NCBI GenBank assembly: GCA_964647595.1
Contig: CAZYGH010000010.1
Location: 20,362-84,361, forward strand
Direction of reading: 5' to 3'
Length of the DNA: 64,000 nt
Origin: an uncultured Verrucomicrobiota bacterium
Lineage (GTDB): Bacteria > Verrucomicrobiota > Kiritimatiellia > CAIQIC01 > Lenti-01
Below the pieces are notes generated by a model that was not told where the DNA came from, made no database searches, and saw only the letters and a program-made list of their open reading frames with translations. Made by a program: the position numbers and the translations under genes. Below are positions 27,282-38,165 of this stretch, piece after piece (position 1 is the first letter of the stretch; each line of letters starts with the position of its first letter).

Positions 27282-27305
27282 GTTTCAAACCCAAAGAAGA
27301 ATGTT

Positions 27306-27465
27306 CACCACAGAGGGCACAGAGATTCACAGAGGAAAAATTCTCTGTGGAACTCTGTGTTCTCTGTGGTTCAAACGGCTGTTTGAAAGTTTTCCACAGT
27401 ATGGAAAAAATTTTCGCGATTTTTCCACACAATGGAAAAAATGTTTCCACACTGTGGAAAACTTT
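27306..27465. repeat. Composite intergenic repeat: CACAGAG hairpin (family B) plus TTCCA/TGGAA cluster (family A)
   Basis: CACAGAGGGCACAGAGATTCACAGAG...CTCTGTG followed by three palindromes. Confidence 0.8.
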
Positions 27466-27472
27466 TTGGGGG

Positions 27473-28681
<1,209 letters not shown>

Positions 28682-28806
28682 TTTATGGAATTATGAAATG
28701 TTGGAAAGATTGGGAATATGGAGAGACTGTCGTGGATCGGTGGGGGAGGGTGTTAGAGATAGATGATTTCTGTTTGATTTAGGCTGTTCAAATTCGGTTG
28801 GGCTAT

Positions 28807-29238
28807 TCATCGGTAGTGTGGATCTTTGCAATTATTGCATTCACTGAATACAGCAGGCACTAATTCTTTACCCCAAATTTTATTACCAGCACGTTTAGGG
28901 TTTTCAATATACGACCGATTACGGTCGCTAAAGTAAAGGTTTATGCAACTCTTGCAATGGTCTACTGATTCGTCATCCCTGTTGTGAATAGTTGCTCTAG
29001 CCATACCGCTAAAAACAGATTCAATCACATTCAGGAATTGAGCACAGGCGGGAAGCGGAGCCGTTTTTACGATTGGGGTTTGATGCTTACTCCTATCTTC
29101 ATCGCTGTTAACGAGTTCAACTTCGACTTCGCACATACGGTTTAGGTGGTGGATACCAGACCATGCGGATGGCGGTGACGAAACCGCGAGAGGGCGAATT
29201 TCGGATGGGGAGGTCATGTCGGTAGCCGGGTTTTCCAC
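28807..29238 (-). mobile_element. Transposase C-terminal remnant (IS630-like)
   Basis: LPACAQFLNVIESVFSGM resembles the LPxYxxxLNxIE DDE motif; low GC; N-terminus missing. Confidence 0.6.
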
Positions 29239-29522
29239 TTTTCAGGGTCTTGGGAGCAATGGAAAACTGAATAGACGACGTAGCGATTGAGGGCCGTTTC
29301 AAACTCGAAAAAAATAGCGAAGGGAAAGTGGCGGACAAGTAATCTGCGGTAGGACTCAATGGCAATTGGATAGGTGAGAGGGGTACGCTGAATCGCAAGA
29401 AGAGCCGTCTCAACGCATCGCAGGAATTCCATGCCAAGTCCCATTTTTTGGTGTTCATACCACAGGAAGGCGTCCGCAACGTCTTTCTGGGCCTCAGGAA
29501 GGAGTAGAGGGGGCTCTGTCAT
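29214..29522 (-). CDS. RelE/ParE family toxin
   Basis: PEAQKDV..AFLWYE..GLG.EF, RHFPFAIFF, VFHCSQDPEKW; coupled to the antitoxin by an ATGA overlap. Confidence 0.88.
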   Translation of the reverse strand: MTEPPLLLPEAQKDVADAFLWYEHQKMGLGMEFLRCVETALLAIQRTPLTYPIAIESYRRLLVRHFPFAIFFEFETALNRYVVYSVFHCSQDPEKWKTRLPT

Positions 29523-29737
29523 CCCGGTTGGAGGATGGACCTCTTGACTTGAGCCCAAGTTTGGCAGGAATCCGGATTTTGTAGATAGCTTGCCTTGCGT
29601 CGGGCCAGTTCTTCCGTCTGCCACTGAGGGACGGGCAGGTTGGCATTACTTCGTGCGATGCTGTCCCACAGGTCCTCGACGAGTTGCATGCGTTCCGGCA
29701 CGGACAACGATTCAAGTTCTTGTAATGCTATAGTCAT
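29519..29737 (-). CDS. Addiction-module antitoxin
   Basis: LSVPERMQLVEDLWDSI...WQTEELARR...TWAQVK. Confidence 0.88.
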   Translation of the reverse strand: MTIALQELESLSVPERMQLVEDLWDSIARSNANLPVPQWQTEELARRKASYLQNPDSCQTWAQVKRSILQPG

Positions 29738-29781
29738 GATTCAAAACTTTACCTCTTTTTAGGGTCGGGGACAATTTGTTT

Positions 29782-30846
29782 TCATTTATCCCCGCGTATC
29801 TTCTTGAGTCGCGTATTTGCCTCGCGCAGGAGGGATTCGGTGGTGGGCCAGTCGATGCAGGCGTCGGTGATGGAACAGCGCGGGTTGAGGAGGGCGGGGT
29901 TGGAGAGCATGGGCTGGTTGCCGGCTTCGAGATTGCTTTCCAGCATGAAGCCGCGGATGGAATGGTTCCCGGCTTCGACTTGCGAGAGAACGTCGAGAAG
30001 GACGGGGCCTTGGCGATCGTGCTTTTTGCTGGAGTTGCCGTGGGAGCAATCGATGATGAGGTTCTGGGGCAGGTGGGCGTCGCGCAGAGCGTTGACGCAG
30101 GCGGCGACGGAGGCGGCGTCATAGTTTGGCTTCTTGCCGCCGCGGAGAACGACGTGGGGATAGGAATTTCCGGTGGTGGAAAAGACGGCGGGGAGGCCAT
30201 CTTCGGTGACACCGAGGAAGTGGTGCGGCCCCATGGCGGAACGTACGCCGTTGATGGCGGCTTCGAGCGTTCCATCGGTTCCGTTTTTGAAACCGATGGG
30301 CGTGGAAATGCCGCTGGAAATTTCGCGGTGCGTTTGGGCTTCGGCGGTGCGCGCGCCGATGACGTTCCACGAAATCAGGTCGCCGATGTATTGCGGCATG
30401 AGGACGTCGAGCAGTTCGGTTCCGGCGGGGAGGCCGATCTCGGCGACGCGGGTGAGAAAGTGCCGCGCCATGCGGATGCCTTCCTCGATGTGGAAGGTGT
30501 CGTTCATGTAGGGGTCGTTGATGAGTCCCTTCCAGCCGATGGAGGAGCGAGGCTTCTCGAAATAGACGCGCATGACGACAAATATGGATTCGGCCACTTC
30601 GTCAGAAAGCGTCTTGAGCTTCTGGGCATATTCCTCGGCGGCGTCGAGGTTGTGGATGGAGCAGGGACCCACCACGGCGATCAGGCGCGGGTCATCGCCA
30701 TCGAGAATGTGCTCAATGGTTTCGCGGCCTTTGGCGACGGTGGCGATGGTGGTGGCGTTGAGGGGAATGGCCGTTTTCATCTCGCGCGGAGTGGGGAGAG
30801 GAAGGACGGATTCAATGTTGATATTTTCGAGGCGTGGGTGGCTCAT
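29782..30846 (-). CDS. DAHP synthase, class I-alpha (AroF/G/H-like)
   Basis: VGPCSIH, RVYFEKPR, GWKGLINDP, IGART, GFKNGTDG, IDCSHGNS, SITDACI. Confidence 0.96.
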   Translation of the reverse strand: MSHPRLENINIESVLPLPTPREMKTAIPLNATTIATVAKGRETIEHILDGDDPRLIAVVGPCSIHNLDAAEEYAQKLKTLSDEVAESIFVVMRVYFEKPRSSIGWKGLINDPYMNDTFHIEEGIRMARHFLTRVAEIGLPAGTELLDVLMPQYIGDLISWNVIGARTAEAQTHREISSGISTPIGFKNGTDGTLEAAINGVRSAMGPHHFLGVTEDGLPAVFSTTGNSYPHVVLRGGKKPNYDAASVAACVNALRDAHLPQNLIIDCSHGNSSKKHDRQGPVLLDVLSQVEAGNHSIRGFMLESNLEAGNQPMLSNPALLNPRCSITDACIDWPTTESLLREANTRLKKIRGDK

Positions 30847-30880
30847 GATTTCCTTATGAAGTGGGCGCGCGAGAGAAGGC

Positions 30881-33800
30881 TCAGGGCAGGGTGACTTTCA
30901 CCCGGTAGATGCGGGAGCCGGATCCATTCTCGAGCGGCAGGGACATGGTGGTATTGGTGCCGCGCCGGTTGAGAACGGACGGAACATCGGTCCAAACTTG
31001 CGGGGTGGCGGTAGGGTTGTCGATATATTGCAACGTGTAGCAGCGGCGCGTGGAGGCGGGGAAGAGAATGGAATCGGCGGCGATGCCTTCGACTGTAAAT
31101 CGGGTGTCGGGGTTCAGGGTGTCGTTGGGATTGCGGTCGAGAATAAATTCTTCCCAGTTCTGGAGATCGTCGCCATCCGGATTTTCATCGGAACCGGAGA
31201 CAATGGAGCGGAAGAAGCTGGTTTCCCACGTGTCTTCCAGACCGTCGCTGTCGTCGTCATCGCCGGCGATTTCTTCGGCGACGATGCGAAGATCGTCGAT
31301 GAAGAAGAAGTCGCTGGTGTTGTCGGATGCGGCCCCTTCATCGAAGCGGATGCGCACCTTGACTTGTTCGGTGCCGGAAGGGATTTCCAGCGTGGCGGGA
31401 TTGGCGCTGACCGACATGGAGGACGTGGCATCGAAGGCGAGATTTCCGTTTCGGAATCCGCCGACGAGCCGGACGGAATTGTCTTCCTTCCATGTGAGGC
31501 CGTTGTCGAAGGACAGGTCGAGCCACAAATTGTCGCCCGAATCGGGACCTTGTGCGCTGAAGGCGATGAGAATTTGTGCGTTGTCGTATTGGGCGAGGTC
31601 GATGTTGGCAAATTCGACGGCGGGGTCCACGTTGAGCCCGGCCGAACCGGCCAGCACGAGGGAATGGAACCACGTACGGGCACGCTCGGAGGTCAGGGCG
31701 GTGCTAGCGCCCAGCTCGTAGCTCCACGTGTCGTCGGAAGTTTCTTCAAATCCTTGCGAAGCCAGCACGGTGGCATCGGTGCTCTCGGAGTCTGCGCGGC
31801 GAGTAATTGTCACAGAGGCGGTGGCGGTGGCACCTGCGGCGTTGGTGGCGGAAACGGAGAGAATGTTTTCGCCGATGAAGAGCGGGATGGAAGGAAGGGT
31901 CCATTCGGCGGCAGCAGGAATGGAGAAAGAGCCGCCCTGATCGTTCGATCCGTTCAGCAAACCCGTTGCAAAGGCGTTGCAGGAACCGAAGAGAGCGATG
32001 GTGGTGACCGAGTTCGGGACGGTGAACGCATCTGCCGCGGGATCAGTGATCTCGATTTGCGGATCGTCCTCGGCCAGGGGTTGCATTTCGGCCAGAACGC
32101 GTGCACCGCCGCCGATGGTGAGGCGGACGTCGTCGATGAAATAGTGATCGGACAGATTGGATGCGCCAGCCTTTTCGTCGAAGCGGACGCGCACTTGGAT
32201 TTGAGCGGCGCTGGCGGGGATGTTGACGATCCACGGGTTGGAAGCGACGGTCATGGGATTGGCGGCGACGGTGGCACCGAAGGCGATGTTGGCGTTGCCG
32301 TAGCCGTCGACAAGTTTGACGGAGCCGGTGGCGTTCCACGTGGCCCCGTTGTCGGTTGAGAGGTCGAGATAGAGGTCGTCGTCGGAATCGGGTCCGAATG
32401 CGGAGAAGGCGATGGAAAGTTGTACGCCGCTTTGTCCGGCGAGATTAACGTTGTCAAAGGTGACGAACGGATCGGCCGAGCCATTGGCAGAACCAGACAA
32501 TTTCAGGGATTTCGCGCCGGACAGGACGCGGTTGGTGGTGACGACGGCGATGGTGCCTGATCCGGGTGTGGAGGTGTAGGCCCACGTGTCGTTGGTGGTG
32601 CCTTCAAATCCTTGGAATTTTACGGAGCCGGAGCCGTAAGAAGCGGGGATCACGGTAATGGAAATGGTTTCATAGGCGGTGCCATCTTGATCACCGGCCC
32701 AGAAGGTGACGGGATAGGAACCGGCGGGCGTGGCGGAGAGCCACGAGAAAGTGCCGCTGGTTTTATTTGAGCTGGGAGTGAAGGTCGCGCCGGTCGGCAA
32801 GCCCACGGCCCACAGGTTGGTGATGGCATCGCCATCGGTGGCGGTGGCGGTGATAGCGAACGACAAGGTGTTGGAGACTTGCACCGACTTGTTGCCGATG
32901 GCGGCGAGAATCGGAGGCGAGCCCAGCAGGCCGCCGCTGGAAGTCGCGGTGAGCTTGATGCTGTCGATGTAGTAGTGATCGGAGGTGTTGGCGGAACCGG
33001 ATTTTTCGTCGTAGCGCACGCGGACCTTGAGTTGGGCCGTTCCGGCGGGAATGGCGACGCTCCATGGATTGGCCCCCACGGTGGTGGGTTTGGCTGCATT
33101 GGTGGCACCAAAGAGGATCTTGGCGTTGTAGTAGCCGGTCACGAGTCGGTTGGTTTGAGGCCACGTGGTGCCATTGTCGAAGGAGAGGTCGAGCCAGAGA
33201 TCGTCGCCCCCGTCGGGACCGTCGGCACTGAAGCCAATGGAGAGAATGACGTTGCTACAACCGGCGAGGCTGACAGTGTCGAACACGACGGTGGGGTCGG
33301 AGGATCCCGCGCTGGAGCCGGACATCTTTAGGGATTTTGTTCCGGCAGCACTGCGGTCGCTACTGATAGCGAGAGTTCCCAAACCGGGTGTGGCGGCATA
33401 AGTCCACGTGTCGGAAACGGCACCTTCGAAGTCCTGCAATTTCAATACGACTGCGCCGCCACCGGAGGCGGGTGGATTCGTAACGGTGATGGAAATGGTT
33501 TCGGAATCGACACCATCATGGTCAGCGGCCCAGAACGTAATAGAGTGTGAACCGGCTGGCTTGGCAGAGGGCCATGAAAACGTTCCGCTGAGGTGGTTGG
33601 AGGTGGGCGTGAATGTGGCACCGGAGGGAAGGCCTGTGGCCCACAGATTGGTGACGGCATCGCCATCGGTGGCGGCGACGGTCACCGCAAACGATAATGC
33701 GTTGGAAATTTGCACGGACGAATGGCCGATGGGGGCGAGCACCGGTGGCGTTTGCGGTGTCACACCGCCGGTATTGCCGGTCAATTGGATGTCGTCGATG

Positions 33801-36481
33801 AAATAGTGGTCGGAGGTGTTTGCCGATGCGATTTTCTCGTCATAGCGCACACGCACTTTGAGCTGTGCGGTTCCGGCGGGGATGGAAACCGTCCACGGAT
33901 TGACGGCCACGGTGGTGGGCTTGGCGGCGTAGGTTGCACCGAAGGCGACGTTGGCGTTGCCATAGCCATCCACGAGCTTGACGGAGCCTGCGCCGGTCCA
34001 CGTGGTGCCGTTGTCGTAGGAGAGATCCAGATACAGGTCGTCATCGCTATCGGGGCCGCTGGCGGCAAAAGCGACGGAGAGTTGGACGTCGGAATAAGAA
34101 GAAATATTCACGTTGGCGAATTCCACTCTTGGATCAGAATTGAGACCGGCTGAGCCGGATATCTTGAGGGACTTGGTTCCCGACATGAAGCGTTCCGTGC
34201 GGGTGGCGATGGTGCCGGAGCCCGGCGTAAAAACAGGAGCCCAGTTGTCGTCGGCCGAGGCTTCGAATCCTTGCGAGCGGATGACGGCGGGACCGGCGAC
34301 GGGCGCGGAATTGGTGACACGGATGACCATGGAAATCGACGAGACGCCATCGTTGTCAGCGGCCGAGAAGGTGACGGAATACGTTCCGGTCGGCGAAGGG
34401 TTTGCCCAAGAGAACGTGCCGTTGGTGTTGCCGGTGCCCGGTGTGAACGTGGCACCGGAGGGCAGGCCCGTTGCCCAGAAGTTGGTGATGGAGTCGCCAT
34501 CTGTTTTTTGTGCCACGACGGTGAATTGCACCGCCAATCCGACGGCGGTGCTCTGGTTGCTGATGGCGGGGAAGAAGGGGGGAGACTGGGGAGATTGCGT
34601 GGCGGGGAAGGGTAGAACGGCGGGATCGCCCTGCAAATTCAGGCCAAACTGAATCCAGCGTTCGGAACCGTTGGCCGCGCACTGGCTGATCATGTCGGCT
34701 TTGTGCATGGCGAAGGCCGTGCCGGCGGTGCGGTTGGTGGTTTCGTAGAGGCGCTTGTAGAATTTGTAGCCATAGACGGTGGAAGGGCCGCCATCGGAGG
34801 TGTTGCTGGCGGGAGAAGCATCCGGCTCGCCCCAGCCATAGCGGCTGCATCCAACGTAGACCAACGCACCGCCGGTTGGATTGCGCAAGAAAGCTTCGCT
34901 CAGGCAGGGGTCGGTCGAACCATCGAAGTGGCCTGTCAGACATGCGTCGGTGTAGACGAAGGGGGTTTTGTTTGTGAGCAAGGTTGCATCGCTACTATAA
35001 AACGCGCCGCTTTCAAGACCCCAGGCGGTGACATCGCCGTGACCCGAGAAGAAGAGATGCCACCAGCCTTCGTTAAAACGCTTGCGGACGTTGGTGGCGT
35101 TTTCTAGATAATCGCCGCCGGTGGTGGTGTCCCACGAGGTGAGCGTGTCGCAGAAGATGCCGATGGTGGTGGCTTGCCAGTAGGGGCGGATGCCGTCGCG
35201 ATAGAGGCGGCGGTCCCACATTTCGGAATCGCTGATGCTGGGATGGGTGGTGTCGCGGAAAGCGCGGTGACCGTCGGCGGTGACGTCATCCGAGGGGCGG
35301 CTGGTGCCGGTATAGGTGTCCCATGCGACCATACCGCCGAGGATGATTTTTTTGGAGAGGTTCGTGGGCGGGGCCGTTTCGAAGGAAATGAGTTTATTGA
35401 TGTAGGCGGTGGCCTGCGCGGCCGTGCGTACGGGAATGCGGCCCACCACTACTTCCCACGCCATGTCGGGATTGTCGGTGATTTCGCCATAGACGGTGTT
35501 GCTGTTGGCGTTCCAGTCGCGGTCGAGTCCGGAGTAATACAGATCGGTGGGCATGGCGGATTCCACTTCGGTATCCACCGAGACTTTGGTTCCGCGGGGC
35601 GGCACCAGCGTGTCATCGCCGCCCAATACCACATAGAGGGTGCCGTGGTTTTGGTAGTAGTCCTTGATGCAGGCGCGAATTTTGGCTTGGGCATCAGTTC
35701 CGGTGTAGGAATTTGTGATGGATTCCACCGTCAGCATTTGGCAGGTGAAGCGCGAGGCGCGGTGTTGAATCAAGGCATTGAAGGCATTGGTGCAGGACTG
35801 GCGCGTGATGAGGAGATATTGTGCCGCTGTGTCGGCCAGCAGACCTCGGGAAGCCGTTGGGGCAAAAGCCTCCGAAGAGTCGGCATTGACGACAAGATCC
35901 TGAACCCATGTGGCCGCTTCTGTGCGTTGTGCGGCGGGTGCGCTGAGGCGGGCGCGGGGTTCGGAATAGGTCACGGTCAGGTTCAACTGGGTGGAGAGAA
36001 AGAGTTGCTTGGAAGTGGCGATGTAGCGGATGGGATGGAGTCGCACGGAAACGAGGGAATAGCCGCTCATCGTGTGTTCACCCGCCGTCGCAGCCAACGT
36101 GGCCGGAATTTTATCGGTTTGCGCATAAGCGGAAGCCAAGGCGGGAACAAATGCATGGCGTGCGCCACTGCGTTTTTGTGGAGGCTGTGCGGGCAGGACG
36201 GTGATGTCGTCGCGCAGCAACACTTCGTTGCCTTCCGCGCGGACGTCCGTCACGGTGGCCCCCGACGGAATCAGCACGTTGACAAATGTTGCGGGCAGCC
36301 AAGGCGTTCCGGGGGGATCTCCCGGAAGAACGGCACCGGCCAGATGCACTTTTTCATAGGCGCCTTGTATGGCGTAGGTGACCTCGGATGGATCGAAAGA
36401 AAAGGTGAGGGACACTTCTCCTGCTCGGGCCAAAGTTGAAAGACACATCGTCGCGATGAATGCACCGAACCATTTTTTCAT
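30881..36481 (-). CDS. Peptidase C25 (gingipain-like) with propeptide and repeated beta-sandwich domains
   Basis: Signal peptide, YVVLGGD, TDLYY, VGRIP, catalytic motifs FSGHG and DACLTG, LQGDP. Four GFE..DxW...(Y/F)IDD-type repeats; ends IYRVKVTLP. Confidence 0.9.
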   Translation of the reverse strand: MKKWFGAFIATMCLSTLARAGEVSLTFSFDPSEVTYAIQGAYEKVHLAGAVLPGDPPGTPWLPATFVNVLIPSGATVTDVRAEGNEVLLRDDITVLPAQPPQKRSGARHAFVPALASAYAQTDKIPATLAATAGEHTMSGYSLVSVRLHPIRYIATSKQLFLSTQLNLTVTYSEPRARLSAPAAQRTEAATWVQDLVVNADSSEAFAPTASRGLLADTAAQYLLITRQSCTNAFNALIQHRASRFTCQMLTVESITNSYTGTDAQAKIRACIKDYYQNHGTLYVVLGGDDTLVPPRGTKVSVDTEVESAMPTDLYYSGLDRDWNANSNTVYGEITDNPDMAWEVVVGRIPVRTAAQATAYINKLISFETAPPTNLSKKIILGGMVAWDTYTGTSRPSDDVTADGHRAFRDTTHPSISDSEMWDRRLYRDGIRPYWQATTIGIFCDTLTSWDTTTGGDYLENATNVRKRFNEGWWHLFFSGHGDVTAWGLESGAFYSSDATLLTNKTPFVYTDACLTGHFDGSTDPCLSEAFLRNPTGGALVYVGCSRYGWGEPDASPASNTSDGGPSTVYGYKFYKRLYETTNRTAGTAFAMHKADMISQCAANGSERWIQFGLNLQGDPAVLPFPATQSPQSPPFFPAISNQSTAVGLAVQFTVVAQKTDGDSITNFWATGLPSGATFTPGTGNTNGTFSWANPSPTGTYSVTFSAADNDGVSSISMVIRVTNSAPVAGPAVIRSQGFEASADDNWAPVFTPGSGTIATRTERFMSGTKSLKISGSAGLNSDPRVEFANVNISSYSDVQLSVAFAASGPDSDDDLYLDLSYDNGTTWTGAGSVKLVDGYGNANVAFGATYAAKPTTVAVNPWTVSIPAGTAQLKVRVRYDEKIASANTSDHYFIDDIQLTGNTGGVTPQTPPVLAPIGHSSVQISNALSFAVTVAATDGDAVTNLWATGLPSGATFTPTSNHLSGTFSWPSAKPAGSHSITFWAADHDGVDSETISITVTNPPASGGGAVVLKLQDFEGAVSDTWTYAATPGLGTLAISSDRSAAGTKSLKMSGSSAGSSDPTVVFDTVSLAGCSNVILSIGFSADGPDGGDDLWLDLSFDNGTTWPQTNRLVTGYYNAKILFGATNAAKPTTVGANPWSVAIPAGTAQLKVRVRYDEKSGSANTSDHYYIDSIKLTATSSGGLLGSPPILAAIGNKSVQVSNTLSFAITATATDGDAITNLWAVGLPTGATFTPSSNKTSGTFSWLSATPAGSYPVTFWAGDQDGTAYETISITVIPASYGSGSVKFQGFEGTTNDTWAYTSTPGSGTIAVVTTNRVLSGAKSLKLSGSANGSADPFVTFDNVNLAGQSGVQLSIAFSAFGPDSDDDLYLDLSTDNGATWNATGSVKLVDGYGNANIAFGATVAANPMTVASNPWIVNIPASAAQIQVRVRFDEKAGASNLSDHYFIDDVRLTIGGGARVLAEMQPLAEDDPQIEITDPAADAFTVPNSVTTIALFGSCNAFATGLLNGSNDQGGSFSIPAAAEWTLPSIPLFIGENILSVSATNAAGATATASVTITRRADSESTDATVLASQGFEETSDDTWSYELGASTALTSERARTWFHSLVLAGSAGLNVDPAVEFANIDLAQYDNAQILIAFSAQGPDSGDNLWLDLSFDNGLTWKEDNSVRLVGGFRNGNLAFDATSSMSVSANPATLEIPSGTEQVKVRIRFDEGAASDNTSDFFFIDDLRIVAEEIAGDDDDSDGLEDTWETSFFRSIVSGSDENPDGDDLQNWEEFILDRNPNDTLNPDTRFTVEGIAADSILFPASTRRCYTLQYIDNPTATPQVWTDVPSVLNRRGTNTTMSLPLENGSGSRIYRVKVTLP

Positions 36482-36579
36482 AGTCGCTCCTTTGTCAAAC
36501 CGCTCTTCATGATACGCTCATTTGTCGGAAATACAGGAGATTTCAAGCGTGAACTGAACTTTTTTCCAGAGCGACCCCG

Positions 36580-37248
36580 CTAGGGTTGAGCCTTCCAGCA
36601 CATGGGAAATTTCGGGGTGGATAATTCGGCGGCGGCGCGCAGGAAGGCGCGGATGGCGGATTCGTCTTTGATTCCGGGGGCGGATTCGACGCCGGAGCTG
36701 GCGTCGAAGGCGGAGGCTAGACTGTGGCGTGCGACGATGGCGAGGTTTTCGGGATGGAGTCCGCCGGCGATGGCGAAGGGGCGGAATTCGGCCAGCGCCG
36801 CCGCCTCGCTCCAATTCCACGCGATGCCGTTGCCGCCGGGAAGGGCTCCACGGCCGCACTCAACGAGGATCCCGACTTGGGGAGGTAAACTGCGGGCGAC
36901 GGTGAGTAATTCCTTGCCGGTACGCTTGATGGCTTGGACCACATGAAACCCCGCGCGGCGGACAGATTCGATCACGTCCAGCGTTTCTTCGCCGTGCATT
37001 TGGATGGTGTCGAGTTTGGCCTCGTGAGCGGTTTTGATCATGGTCTCGACGGAGGCATTGACGAACACGCCGACGCGCACGATTCGTGTGGGCAAGCCAT
37101 CGAACAGTTCGCGGGCTTGAGCGGGCGAGACGTTTCGGGGGCTTTTGGGATAGAAGACGGCACCCAGCGCGCCCACGCCGGCTTCGGCGCAGACCAGAGC
37201 ATCTTGTCGCCGAGTGATGCCGCAAATTTTGACAGATGGAACAAACAT
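36580..37248 (-). CDS. trpF: Phosphoribosylanthranilate isomerase
   Basis: VKICGIT, KSPR, VGVFVN, QMHGEE, AGGL, DASSGVE..PGIKD. Confidence 0.95.
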   Translation of the reverse strand: MFVPSVKICGITRRQDALVCAEAGVGALGAVFYPKSPRNVSPAQARELFDGLPTRIVRVGVFVNASVETMIKTAHEAKLDTIQMHGEETLDVIESVRRAGFHVVQAIKRTGKELLTVARSLPPQVGILVECGRGALPGGNGIAWNWSEAAALAEFRPFAIAGGLHPENLAIVARHSLASAFDASSGVESAPGIKDESAIRAFLRAAAELSTPKFPMCWKAQP

Positions 37249-37259
37249 GAACGTTTCAA

Positions 37260-38057
37260 TTATGAAAGGGTAGAATCGACGCGAAGGGCTGTCCATTGGC
37301 GGAGGAGAGCAGTTGGATCGTTGTGACGCACAAGTGTTTCGCCGACGAGAAAACGGCGGATTCCCGCAGAGAGAGAGCGTTGAATATCGGCCTCCTCATG
37401 AATGCCGCTGGCGGCGACCACTGACGAGCCGCGGGGCAACAGGGCGGCGATTCGGGCGGCTCGGTCTGTGTTGGTGTGGAAATGTGCCAAGTCGCGATTG
37501 TTGATGCCGACCAGCGGGGGGGGCAGTGGCACGATACGTTGGACATCGGCCTCATCGTGGATTTCAACAAGGGTTTCAAGGCCGATGCCGTGGGCAAGAG
37601 CCAGAAGCGATTGCAGGGTTTCGTCGTCCAGAATGCGCACAATGATCAGCATGGCATCGGCACCCATCGCGGCGGTTTCGTAGACCTGATAGGGGGAGAG
37701 GATGAAGTCTTTTCGAAGGATAGGCAGCTCGACGAATTCTCGCGCGCGCTTCAGATCTTTCGCGGAACCTTTGAAGAAGGCGGGTTCGGTCAGCACGGAA
37801 ATGGCCGCCGCGCCGCCGTTTTGATAGGCCAGCGCGAGATCGCCGGGGTGCAGGTCGGGGCGGATGTCGCCCAGCGATGGGGAGGCGCGCTTGATTTCCG
37901 CGATGATCCGAACGCCGGGGCGCGCGAGAGATTCTGCAAAACCACGAAAATCTTCGCGTTTGGCGGCCAAGCGTTCCAGTTCGGACTGTGGTTTGAGGGC
38001 GCGTGCCGCATCCATTTCGGCGCGTTTGGCAGATAAGATTTTTTCAAGAAAAGACAT
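37260..38057 (-). CDS. trpC: Indole-3-glycerol phosphate synthase
   Basis: IAEIKRASPS, SVLTE, LRKDFI, GINNRDL. Confidence 0.96.
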   Translation of the reverse strand: MSFLEKILSAKRAEMDAARALKPQSELERLAAKREDFRGFAESLARPGVRIIAEIKRASPSLGDIRPDLHPGDLALAYQNGGAAAISVLTEPAFFKGSAKDLKRAREFVELPILRKDFILSPYQVYETAAMGADAMLIIVRILDDETLQSLLALAHGIGLETLVEIHDEADVQRIVPLPPPLVGINNRDLAHFHTNTDRAARIAALLPRGSSVVAASGIHEEADIQRSLSAGIRRFLVGETLVRHNDPTALLRQWTALRVDSTLS

Positions 38058-38165
38058 AAGAATTTTAGATCATTTTTACTACGAATGATACAAATGGCAC
38101 GAATTGGGGAAAGGGGAATACAGGCTGTTCATTCGTTTGATTCGCGTGATTCGTAGTTGTGGTTT

